Source: an uncultured Spirochaetales bacterium
GTDB lineage: Bacteria; Spirochaetota; Spirochaetia; CAYRYS01
NCBI GenBank assembly: GCA_964428555.1
Contig: CAYRYS010000001.1
Location: forward strand, 15,653 to 79,652
Direction: 5' to 3'
Length of the DNA: 64,000 nucleotides
Made by a program: the position numbers and the translations under genes. This document shows positions 29,352-37,892 of the stretch, piece after piece. How positions within the stretch are numbered: the stretch's first letter is position 1; every line of letters starts with the position of its first letter. The notes under the pieces are model-generated. The model was not told where the DNA came from. It saw only the letters and a list, made by a program, of their open reading frames with translations, and searched no databases.

Positions 29352-30674
29352 ATGGCCCAACAAAAAATAGAAAACGTACATGAGGAGATCCGGGAAGAAC
29401 AGGTTGAAGTCATTGATTTTAAGATGGTGACATTCGCCCTTGCAGGTAAGGACTATGGTATTGATATCATGAAAGTGAAAGAAATATCCAAGTCTAACAA
29501 ATTCACCTATGTTCCTAACACAGCTCCCTTTGTTAGGGGAGTACATAACCTTCGCGGAGACATTATATCAATCATTGACCTACGGACAATGTTCCATCTG
29601 CCTGCTGAGCAGAAAAAAGACACAGAGCTTGAAAACATGCTTATACTCCGTATGTATGATCATATTCTCGGCATAATAGTGGACTCTATAGACAAGGTAG
29701 TAGGGGTTTCAAAAGCCTCTATCCAGCCGCCTCATCCCATATTTGGAGACATAAATATTAAATATATCAGCGGTGTGGTTGAGAATAACAACAGGCTCTA
29801 TATAATTCTGGATGTGGACCGGATATTTAGCAAGGAAAAGGATGAGAAAGAGCAGAAAAACGTATTTGAAGATGTAGAACAAGCTATGCAGACAGAGATG
29901 GGGGACGAGGAAGAGAGCAGGGAAGAAGATATCGACCTAAGCTTTATTGCTGAAAACCTGTCTACTTTTAAGAATTTTCATTTATCCTCTTTGAACCACG
30001 ACTGGATGCTTTCCAGATACCAGGAGTGGAAGAACCAGCGTGCTAGCCGGGGAGCGGATCTGCAGCTAAAAAGCGTAGAAGAGGCTGAAGAATACCTGGA
30101 ACCCTTTTATTCTTCCTATACAGGAAGGCTCTGGGGAAAAGATCTCATGGAAGCATATAAAGATATTTTACCGGATGTAAAAGGGAATACCGTTACTGTC
30201 TGGAACTGCGGAAGCGGAAAAGGGTATGAAACCTATTCATTTGCCTGTGTGCTGAAGGAACGGTATCCGGAAAAGAGAATAAAAATCTATGCAAACGATG
30301 TAGACCTCCTGAGTATTTCAACAGCCCCGAGCCTTGTGCTTCAGGAAAATGAAGTACCTGAAAACTTCGATAAGTATGTACGGTCTACGAAAAACGGGTT
30401 AGTATTTAACGACGAAATAAAAGAAATGATTCTGTTTGAATATCACGATATTCTTAATGGAAATGCCTATTCCATGGTTGACTTTATTATCGCTCGGGAT
30501 GTACTTTCTTTTGTGAATGTAAAAGATCAGAAACGGCTGCTCTCTGAATTTAATGAAAAACTCAAAAAACAGGGGCTGCTATTTCTTGGTGAAAATGAAA
30601 AAATTACTGAACCAGATGCCTGGACAGAGGTTAGGAATAATAAAATTGTTGCGTATAAAAAGCAAAGTGAATAA
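29352..30674 (+). CDS. CheW coupling domain fused to CheR-like SAM methyltransferase domain
   Basis: An N-terminal CheW domain of about 160 aa. The C-terminal part carries the CheR signature VWNCGSGKGYETYSFACVL plus FDFIIARDVLSF. Confidence 0.85.
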   Translation: MAQQKIENVHEEIREEQVEVIDFKMVTFALAGKDYGIDIMKVKEISKSNKFTYVPNTAPFVRGVHNLRGDIISIIDLRTMFHLPAEQKKDTELENMLILRMYDHILGIIVDSIDKVVGVSKASIQPPHPIFGDINIKYISGVVENNNRLYIILDVDRIFSKEKDEKEQKNVFEDVEQAMQTEMGDEEESREEDIDLSFIAENLSTFKNFHLSSLNHDWMLSRYQEWKNQRASRGADLQLKSVEEAEEYLEPFYSSYTGRLWGKDLMEAYKDILPDVKGNTVTVWNCGSGKGYETYSFACVLKERYPEKRIKIYANDVDLLSISTAPSLVLQENEVPENFDKYVRSTKNGLVFNDEIKEMILFEYHDILNGNAYSMVDFIIARDVLSFVNVKDQKRLLSEFNEKLKKQGLLFLGENEKITEPDAWTEVRNNKIVAYKKQSE

Positions 30675-30726
30675 TATTTGATAGGAATTTGTAATAAACA
30701 GCTATGGTCGACAAGGAGTTTTAGAC

Positions 30727-31191
30727 ATGAGAGTTGAATATATCAATCCTTTTGTTGAAGCAGCATTTAATGTTTTAAAAGAAGTGTTAGATGCCGATAT
30801 TGAGAGAGGGGAGCTATTTCTGAAGTCAGCATCGCAGCCCGTACTCGGAGTTGCAGCAATTGTTGGACTCGCAGGCGATGTGGAAGGTCGGGTTTTATTT
30901 GATATGACATCCGATACAGCATTAAAGGTCGCCTCCGAGATGAATGGAGAAGAGTTGGGTTCCCTGGATGATTTAGCCAAAGCTACAATTACGGAGCTTG
31001 CTAATATGATTACTGCCCAGGCTGTTACTAAGCTGCATGAACTGGGTTTTCAATTTGACCTTACTCCACCGGCACTGATTACTGGAGAAAACATGGAGGT
31101 ATCTGACCCTCAAGTTGAGGCTTTGATCGTACCCATGGATCTTCCATACGGTAAAGTGGAAATAAATGTTGCAATTAGAGAAAGGGCATAG
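30727..31191 (+). CDS. cheX: CheX (CheC-family CheY-P phosphatase)
   Basis: 154 aa. N-terminal INPFVEAAFNVLKEVL and overall CheC/CheX-like composition. Confidence 0.8.
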   Translation: MRVEYINPFVEAAFNVLKEVLDADIERGELFLKSASQPVLGVAAIVGLAGDVEGRVLFDMTSDTALKVASEMNGEELGSLDDLAKATITELANMITAQAVTKLHELGFQFDLTPPALITGENMEVSDPQVEALIVPMDLPYGKVEINVAIRERA

Positions 31192-31203
31192 AGAGAGGCG
31201 CTT

Positions 31204-31659
31204 ATGAAAACTAAGATGGATTTTCCAAGCATAAATGAAAGAAATCCTGACGGGATGAAAGAAGACGGCACTCCATTCAGAGTGTTAATAGTAGATGACT
31301 CAATGTTTGTTACAAAACAGATAGGGCAGATCCTCAGTTCAGAAGGGTTTGAAATTGTAGGGACAGCTGCTGACGGGCAGGAAGGTCTTGAGAAATACAA
31401 AGAATTGTATCCGAATGTGGATCTGGTAACAATGGACATTACTATGCCGAAAATGGATGGAGTTACATCCTTAGAAAAGATCATCGAATTTGATAAAAAC
31501 GCCAAGGTCATTATGATCAGTGCACTGGGTAAGCAGGATCTTGTGAAAAAGTCTCTGCTCCTAGGTGCGAAAAACTATATAGTTAAGCCTTTAGACAGAA
31601 AAAAGGTACTAGAGCGCGTTGTTATGACACTGACCGGTGTAAAACCGCCTGAGGAGTAA
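31204..31659 (+). CDS. cheY: Chemotaxis response regulator CheY
   Basis: Receiver domain with RVLIVDDS, the DITMPKMDG phospho-Asp and a conserved Lys. Confidence 0.85.
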   Translation: MKTKMDFPSINERNPDGMKEDGTPFRVLIVDDSMFVTKQIGQILSSEGFEIVGTAADGQEGLEKYKELYPNVDLVTMDITMPKMDGVTSLEKIIEFDKNAKVIMISALGKQDLVKKSLLLGAKNYIVKPLDRKKVLERVVMTLTGVKPPEE

Positions 31660-31693
31660 GTCTTCTCTTCTTGAGAAATATGCGGATAACATC

Positions 31694-31722
31694 TTGACAT
31701 TTTTCCTGGAAGCGGAAATACT
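31694..31722 (+). promoter_or_regulatory. Putative sigma70-like promoter for the tRNA
   Basis: TTGACA at 31694-31699 and AATACT 17 nt downstream, ending about 12 nt before the tRNA 5' end. Confidence 0.3.
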
Positions 31723-31734
31723 GATTATCCATTC

Positions 31735-31808
31735 GGGCGGCTAGCTCAGTTGGTTAGAGCACTAGCTCGACACGCTAGGGGTCGCTGGTTCGAATCCTGC
31801 GCCGCCCA
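31735..31808 (+). tRNA. tRNA, probably tRNA-Val (anticodon GAC)
   Basis: Hand-folded cloverleaf. Acceptor GGGCGGC/GCCGCCC, D-arm GCTC-AGTTGGTTA-GAGC, anticodon arm CTAGC-TCGACAC-GCTAG, T-loop TTCGAAT. CCA is not encoded. The anticodon-loop reading places C at position 33, so the isotype needs tRNAscan confirmation. Confidence 0.75.
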
Positions 31809-31816
31809 CATATAAA

Positions 31817-31855
31817 TGCCGGTATTGTAAGAAATTACAGCATCGGCTTTTTTTA
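31817..31855 (+). terminator. Rho-independent terminator after the tRNA (also abuts the 3' end of the convergent GH5 gene)
   Basis: Imperfect 13-bp hairpin (TGCCGGTATTGTAA...TTACAGCATCGGC) followed by T7. Confidence 0.55.
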
Positions 31856-32959
31856 TTATTCAAGCAGCTCCAGCACGTATCTGCCATATGGAGTTGTTTC
31901 CTGGTTTTCTACATTGTAGAACATTTGCGGCTCCCATTCCTCATCATAGGTCCATGCAGTCCAGCTAATTCCGTGTTCCTGTGCGTATTCCATAAGCGGT
32001 TCTCCGTAGCCTTCCTGTGTTCCTTGTAAAAAACCTTGTGCTGTTTCCACTGAAGGCGGTACCCATCCCCATTCTGTAAGGAAAACAGGATGATTCTCTG
32101 CTGTTGTTCCGAACCAGTGGTCCCAGAGGGATTGGGAGTGTGCAGGGTAGATATGGGCGGTGTACGCAATATTCTCTATTTCCACAGGGTTTGTATTGAC
32201 CCACGAGAGATCACGGGACCATTGAGTTCCTGAAACAATTATGACGTTCTCAGGAGCTCTTGTGCGCACAAATGATGCAAGCCCATGCGCCTCTGTGGAC
32301 CAGTCATCTGCACTAATACCTGAGGGCTCGTTAAAAAGTTCATATAAAACATGAGGAGCGTTTTGAAAGTATGGTGACGTTATCTCCCAAAACCGGTATG
32401 TCTCATCTTTTAGATCGAATTCATGATAATCAACATTTTCTGCCTCTCCGGTAATAATATTTCCAAAAGCATGCCAGTCAATAATACAGTATACATTTGC
32501 CTCTGCGCACCACTGTACAATCCGATCCAGGTACCTATAGAGATAGTATTCATCCGAGAGCCAGTAATCAGGGTGAACAGGTATCCGTATTACATCGGCT
32601 CCGCTTGAAAAAATACGTTGAAAATACCTTTTGTTAAATCTGTTTTCATTGTGCAGCCTTGATGGGTCCGGAATGTTGACTCCTTGGAGAAGAATTGGAC
32701 CTGAACCAGCGGCATACAACTGAGAGCCGTTTACAACGAGCTGATTAGGATATGATAAATCATCATCAAGGCTGAACTCATCGTTTACTGAGACTGGAAA
32801 GAGGATTTTTCCCTGGTCATGAAAGTAAACAACTGCAAAAAACAGAGCGATGAGTAAGAGAATAATGCTTACTGTAACAAGCACAACTGTTGCGATCCAT
32901 TTTTGTAGATGCATGTAGCCCTCTTTTTCAAAAAGTGTTGGAAAATATCTTATACTCAC
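31856..32959 (-). CDS. Glycoside hydrolase family 5 (cellulase/mannanase-type) with N-terminal membrane anchor
   Basis: GH5 acid/base context LYELFNEPS and nucleophile context FLTEWGW. N-terminal TM helix. Confidence 0.75.
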   Translation of the reverse strand: MSIRYFPTLFEKEGYMHLQKWIATVVLVTVSIILLLIALFFAVVYFHDQGKILFPVSVNDEFSLDDDLSYPNQLVVNGSQLYAAGSGPILLQGVNIPDPSRLHNENRFNKRYFQRIFSSGADVIRIPVHPDYWLSDEYYLYRYLDRIVQWCAEANVYCIIDWHAFGNIITGEAENVDYHEFDLKDETYRFWEITSPYFQNAPHVLYELFNEPSGISADDWSTEAHGLASFVRTRAPENVIIVSGTQWSRDLSWVNTNPVEIENIAYTAHIYPAHSQSLWDHWFGTTAENHPVFLTEWGWVPPSVETAQGFLQGTQEGYGEPLMEYAQEHGISWTAWTYDEEWEPQMFYNVENQETTPYGRYVLELLE

Positions 32960-33001
32960 TATACAGTATGGGAAGTAAATTATTCATGAAAGGATCTAAA
33001 T

Positions 33002-33193
33002 ATGAGCCGGAATAAATTATGTCTTTCAAAGGAAAATCGTGTTATCGCAGGGGTCTGCGGCGGTATAGGTGAATACTTCGGAATTGATGCAAACCTTGTA
33101 CGTATAGGCTTGGTTTTCTTTGCCTTAGCAGGGGGAAGCGGAATCCTGGCATATGTAATTGCGTGGATACTCCTGCCTGAGTGCAGGCTGTGA
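33002..33193 (+). CDS. PspC-domain small membrane protein
   Basis: RVIAGVCGGIGEYFGID followed by a TM helix. 63 aa. Confidence 0.65.
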   Translation: MSRNKLCLSKENRVIAGVCGGIGEYFGIDANLVRIGLVFFALAGGSGILAYVIAWILLPECRL

Positions 33194-33226
33194 AAACAAA
33201 AGCCCTTCATTTTGAAGGGCTTTTCA
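33192..33226. terminator. Bidirectional rho-independent terminator between pspC-like gene and add
   Basis: GCCCTTCA-TTT-TGAAGGGC hairpin, flanked by an A/T run on both sides. Confidence 0.6.
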
Positions 33227-34354
33227 TTACTCATTCGGATTTGTTTCCTGTCTCACCTTTGCGTATCCGGGTTTTATTACATCATATATTATTTTTATTC
33301 TCTTGTCGTGATGAATAAACGCTGACTTCATTGCGTTCAAGGTGAGCTTTTCAAGGTCCCGAAGGGTGAGATTATAGTATTCAACTGCAATCTGCATTTC
33401 CTTGGTCATAGTGGTATTGCTCATTAACCGATTATCTGTTCCGAGCATGACCCTGAAATTATTTCTGTAATAAATCTGGAATGGATGGGTGTCAAGCGAT
33501 TCAGCTGCACCGGTCTGGATGTTTGAGGATAAACAGCACTCAAGGGGGACACGCTTGTCTTTGATAAAGTGAGAGAGGGACCCCATTTTTTCGATTCTTG
33601 TGCCTGTAACAGCCATGTCCTCGATTAATCTGGTCGCATGGCCGATCCTGTGTGCTCCGCAAATCTGCAAAGCCTGCCAGATTGATTCAACACCAAACGC
33701 TTCGCCTGCATGTATTGTAATGTTGAAATTCTTTCTGCGGATAAACTCAAATGCGTCCAGGTGTTTCTTCGGAGGGTGGCCGAATTCATCGCCAGCTAGA
33801 TCAAACCCTACAACTCCCTTTGCTCTATAGTTAACCGCAAGCTCGGCAATCTCTAAGGAGATTTTCTGATTCCGCATTGCACAGAGTATTACACCGTATT
33901 CTGTACCGGTTTCCTTTTTGCCCTGTTCCAGGCCCTTTAATACTGCTTCTATAACCTGCTCCTGATTCATACCTTCTTCAAGATGAAGCACTGGTGCAAA
34001 CCGTATTTCAGCATAAACCACATTGTCTGTAGCAAGGTCTAAGATTGACTCATAGGCAATGCGTTCTAAAGCCTCAGGCCGCTGCATAACAGAGAGGGTT
34101 ACCCCGAATCCTTCCAGATATTGGGCAAGGTTCTTTCTGTCTGCGCCGCGGTGAAACCAGTGGGCGAGCTTTTCCGGTGTTTGTTCCGGAAGAATGACAT
34201 TGTACTCATTTGCAAGATCCACAATTGTTTCAGGTCTCACACTACCGTCTAAATGGTCGTGGAGCTCTACTTTCGGTATTCTTCTTATCATTTCTGTTGT
34301 AACCATAATAGCAATAATACCATGAAATATTCTGGAGAGAAAGCAGTTTCTCAA
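33227..34354 (-). CDS. add: Adenosine deaminase
   Basis: LPKVELHDHLDGSVRPETI metal-binding N-terminus. Later residues HAGE and D...D match the adenosine deaminase family. Confidence 0.85.
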   Translation of the reverse strand: MRNCFLSRIFHGIIAIMVTTEMIRRIPKVELHDHLDGSVRPETIVDLANEYNVILPEQTPEKLAHWFHRGADRKNLAQYLEGFGVTLSVMQRPEALERIAYESILDLATDNVVYAEIRFAPVLHLEEGMNQEQVIEAVLKGLEQGKKETGTEYGVILCAMRNQKISLEIAELAVNYRAKGVVGFDLAGDEFGHPPKKHLDAFEFIRRKNFNITIHAGEAFGVESIWQALQICGAHRIGHATRLIEDMAVTGTRIEKMGSLSHFIKDKRVPLECCLSSNIQTGAAESLDTHPFQIYYRNNFRVMLGTDNRLMSNTTMTKEMQIAVEYYNLTLRDLEKLTLNAMKSAFIHHDKRIKIIYDVIKPGYAKVRQETNPNE

Positions 34355-34489
34355 GAGAAAAAAACAAAGAAAACTAATGAAAATCTAACAAAACCTATGT
34401 TATAGTGTTTACGAATTAGGGAAACTGGATTTTAATATAGAGAGTGCTTATAGAGAAGCAATGCTCTTTAATGAAAATGGAGGTATTTC

Positions 34490-35395
34490 ATGAAACGTTA
34501 TTTACTTGCTGTCCTTATTGTGACAGTGTCTCTGGGGATGTTTTTTTCGTGCGAACCTGAAGAAGCTGAACTTGGAACAGAGGAAAATCCGATTATCTGG
34601 TCATTTGTTCCATCAGGAGAAATGGAAAGAGTAGCAACTGGTGCGGATGAGGTTGCTGATCTTCTTCACGAAGAAACCGGTTATTATTTTGACACTAATG
34701 TAGCAACCGAATATGCCGGTGTAATTGAAGCTCTACAAAGTGATCCGCCGGCTGCGCATATGGCTTCGCTTGCAACATTTGCCTATGTTCTTGCAGCAGA
34801 CCGCGGTGTAGCAGAAGCAGAACTTGTATCTGTACGCTATGGAAGCGCGACATACAACGGACAGATTATTGCCGGAGCTGACACAGGAATTTCATCTATT
34901 GAAGACCTTGAAGGTCATTCTTTCGGCAGACCTGATCCGTTAAGTACATCCGGATGGATTATTCCCATGCTCACTATGCGCGCTAATGGTATTGATCCTG
35001 ATTCAGACCTTTCTCAGGTTGTTGATGCAGGTTCACACGATGCTGTTGTAGCTACTGTTTATAATGGTGATGTTGATGCAGGCGCATGTTATGTTGATGC
35101 AAGAAGCAGTATTGAAGATGAGTATCCGGACGTAATGGATGAGGTGCGGGTAATTGCTGTTACTGCTGATATTCCAAACGACGGTGTACAGTTTCACCCA
35201 AGCATTTCTGAAGTAATGCGGGAAACTATTGTTGGCGCACTGTTACGCATCGTAGCAACAGAAGAAGGCCAGGAAGCGCTTAGCACAGCCTATAATTGGA
35301 GCGATCTTGAAAGACACGACGATTCATTTTACGATCCTTTCCGCCAGGTACTCCAGGCATCCGGCATGAACGTAGAAGAACTAATGAGTGAATAA
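34490..35395 (+). CDS. phnD: Phosphonate/phosphite/phosphate-type ABC transporter substrate-binding lipoprotein (PhnD family)
   Basis: Signal peptide plus lipobox (FFSCE). Periplasmic-binding-protein fold composition. It sits immediately upstream of PhnC/PhnE homologs. Confidence 0.65.
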   Translation: MKRYLLAVLIVTVSLGMFFSCEPEEAELGTEENPIIWSFVPSGEMERVATGADEVADLLHEETGYYFDTNVATEYAGVIEALQSDPPAAHMASLATFAYVLAADRGVAEAELVSVRYGSATYNGQIIAGADTGISSIEDLEGHSFGRPDPLSTSGWIIPMLTMRANGIDPDSDLSQVVDAGSHDAVVATVYNGDVDAGACYVDARSSIEDEYPDVMDEVRVIAVTADIPNDGVQFHPSISEVMRETIVGALLRIVATEEGQEALSTAYNWSDLERHDDSFYDPFRQVLQASGMNVEELMSE

Positions 35396-35451
35396 GGCTT
35401 AAGTAATTCTAAAAGGAGGGGCTCGGTCCCTCCTTTCTTTTTGGGGGATCC

Positions 35452-36240
35452 ATGTTACAAGTTCTAAATCTAGGAAAAACCTATGATGACGGCACAGAAG
35501 CGTTAAAAGATGTAAGCTTTAAAGTAGAAAAAGGTGAGTTCCTTGTTGTTATCGGGTTAAGCGGTTCAGGTAAATCAACTCTTTTACGGTGTATTAACCG
35601 GTTGGTTGACCCGACTGTGGGCACAATTCTTTGGCACGATGAAGATATAACAACTGCAAAGGATGAGAAACTGCGCGTAATTAGAAGGAAGATCGGTATG
35701 ATCTTTCAGCATTTTAATTTAGTAAAACGTTCTTCAGTATTAACGAATGTATTATCCGGCAGACTCGGGTACATAAACCCGTGGAAGAGTCTATTTCACG
35801 GGTTTTCTAAAAAGAATAAAAAGGATGCTTACAGTGCGCTAGAGCAGGTTGGTCTTACAGATCAGGCTCAAAAGCGGGCTGACGAGCTTTCTGGCGGGCA
35901 GCAGCAGCGGGTTGGCATAGCTCGGGCATTAATGCAGACCCCTGAGCTTATTTTGGCAGATGAACCTGTTGCCAGTTTGGACCCGGTGCTAGCACACAGT
36001 ATTCTCGGTTATTTAGAAAAGCTGAATAAAGAAATGGGAATTACTATTATCTGCAGTCTCCACTATTTGGACCTTGTACAAAGGTACGCAACACGGGTAA
36101 TAGGCCTCCGGGACGGCAGGCTTGTGTATGAAGGCAACCAAAGTGATATACGCCAGATGACAGATGCGCAATTTAAAGAAATATACGGAGAAGACGCAGA
36201 ACGCATTGGTGTCGGTTCAGTAACAGAGGGAGGGGAATAA
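35452..36240 (+). CDS. phnC: Phosphonate ABC transporter ATP-binding protein (PhnC family)
   Basis: Walker A GLSGSGKST, LSGGQQQR signature, Walker B ILADEP. The N-terminus LNLGKTYDDGTEALKDVSF is typical of PhnC. Confidence 0.8.
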   Translation: MLQVLNLGKTYDDGTEALKDVSFKVEKGEFLVVIGLSGSGKSTLLRCINRLVDPTVGTILWHDEDITTAKDEKLRVIRRKIGMIFQHFNLVKRSSVLTNVLSGRLGYINPWKSLFHGFSKKNKKDAYSALEQVGLTDQAQKRADELSGGQQQRVGIARALMQTPELILADEPVASLDPVLAHSILGYLEKLNKEMGITIICSLHYLDLVQRYATRVIGLRDGRLVYEGNQSDIRQMTDAQFKEIYGEDAERIGVGSVTEGGE

Positions 36241-37751
36241 TGCTGAGAGAAAAACAATCGAAAGAAACCAAGTCATTAATTCCAGCTCCTGCCCTTGCGG
36301 TGCTCTCTCTCTTTGTTCCAGGTCTTGGGCAGGCGTTTGCAAAAAAAGTCGGAAGGGGTTTTCTGTTATTATCCTCATTTTTGACTATTGTCAGCATATT
36401 TTATTGGCGTATTTATCTGCTTGCACATCGTGAAGTTGGAATATTGGCGCAGTATATAAAAGCCCTGGACCGCAGGTTCTTTTTTATTGCAATCCTTACG
36501 GTCATGATTATTGGAATATGGGTTTGGAACATTATCGATGCATACCGCCTTGGAAAGAAAGGGAAAAAGGGGATCGGTATATTCGGGCTAGTGCTTTTTT
36601 CCTTATTCATACTCGGGTGGCAGATCGCTGAAATAGATGTATACAGAGCAGCTACTGAGTTCCCTGATGCATGGCCTCCGTTATCCAAGGTTCTTTGGCC
36701 TTGGGAAGCAGCAATAGACTATGAAGCGGAAATCATGGACGCAGGAGCCCAAATTCTTGACGGGTGTGAAGGAGAGCTTCCCCCTGTTCCAGAGGAAGAA
36801 CCGGGAGAGCCTTATATTCGTGTTGAACCAAGGTGCGGAAACCTTGCGGAGATGGCTAATGACGGTACAATCACTCCTGGAACGGAACTGACTATTGAAG
36901 GCAAAAACTTTGAACCGAATACCAGGACTGAAATATGGTGGGTGGACCCTATCGGCAATGAATTCAGGCCGCGGCAGGATGGCGAATATCTGAGCCTTAT
37001 GACAGATGAAAATGGTGAGTTCACCATGGAGATGACCATGCCCTACCGCTTAATTCCGCCCAGTGCTTCTGGAGAGCAGATTCACCATGTTGAAGCACGG
37101 CAGACTTCTCAAGTCGGTCCGCCGCTGCCGTCGGAACCCCTGATTTTAACTATTCAAAGAATGATAGAAACAATCTTCATGGGAATGATGGCCACTGTTT
37201 TTGGTATTATCTTTTCAATACCGATCAGTTTTTTGGCTGCTAGAAACCTGATGGAAGCCTCTCCGGTTACCCTGGCTATTTACTATCTTACCCGTACTAT
37301 CTTGAACATCATCCGGTCGATTGAGCCGCTTATCTGGGCACTCATTGCTGTTGTCTGGGTAGGGCTTGGACCATTTGCCGGTATAATTGCGCTTACAATA
37401 CACTCAATTGCAGCTCTTGGGAAATTATATTCCGAAGCAATTGAGGGAATAGATGACGGGCCGATAGAAGCGATACGTGCAACAGGTGCGAACGGAATTC
37501 AGACAATTATGTTTGCTGTCATACCGCAGATGATTCCGCCCTTTGTTTCGTTCTCAATCTACAGGTGGGATATCAATGTCCGAATGTCAACCATTATCGG
37601 TCTTGTCGGCGGAGGCGGTATCGGTTTCCTCCTCGTTCAGTATATTCGGCTGCTGGATTACCGTTCTGCAGGTATAGCAGTTTGGTTTATTGCAATTACC
37701 GTTGCAATCCTTGACTATGTAAGTGCTGAAATACGCAGAAGGTTTGTATAA
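36240..37751 (+). CDS. phnE: PhnE-family ABC permease with ~230-aa N-terminal extension (extra TM helices plus an extracytoplasmic domain)
   Basis: The C-terminal ~270 aa matches the PhnE permease core (EAA-like loop region ...IEGIDDGPIEAIRATGAN...). The N-terminal part has 3-4 TMs and an acidic/Pro-rich soluble segment. The start overlaps the phnC stop. Confidence 0.75.
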   Translation: MLREKQSKETKSLIPAPALAVLSLFVPGLGQAFAKKVGRGFLLLSSFLTIVSIFYWRIYLLAHREVGILAQYIKALDRRFFFIAILTVMIIGIWVWNIIDAYRLGKKGKKGIGIFGLVLFSLFILGWQIAEIDVYRAATEFPDAWPPLSKVLWPWEAAIDYEAEIMDAGAQILDGCEGELPPVPEEEPGEPYIRVEPRCGNLAEMANDGTITPGTELTIEGKNFEPNTRTEIWWVDPIGNEFRPRQDGEYLSLMTDENGEFTMEMTMPYRLIPPSASGEQIHHVEARQTSQVGPPLPSEPLILTIQRMIETIFMGMMATVFGIIFSIPISFLAARNLMEASPVTLAIYYLTRTILNIIRSIEPLIWALIAVVWVGLGPFAGIIALTIHSIAALGKLYSEAIEGIDDGPIEAIRATGANGIQTIMFAVIPQMIPPFVSFSIYRWDINVRMSTIIGLVGGGGIGFLLVQYIRLLDYRSAGIAVWFIAITVAILDYVSAEIRRRFV

Positions 37752-37770
37752 AGCTCTTAGAAATTCCATA

Positions 37771-37799
37771 AAAGCCGTCTTTACAGGCGGCTTTTTTTA
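37771..37799 (+). terminator. Rho-independent terminator after phnE
   Basis: GCCGTC-TTTACA-GGCGGC hairpin followed by T7. Confidence 0.6.
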
Positions 37800-37892
37800 A
37801 ATTCATGGAATACGAAAAATCTTATTTATAAAATACAGCAGATAACGTAGAATAAAGACATTCTTTGAAATGAAAGGTGAGCAATAAGATAT

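Noticed and set aside
31735-32959. Genomic island integrated at the tRNA
   Set aside because: No integrase, direct repeat of the tRNA 3' end, or phage/plasmid genes follow the tRNA. The next gene is a convergent GH5 hydrolase with its own terminator.
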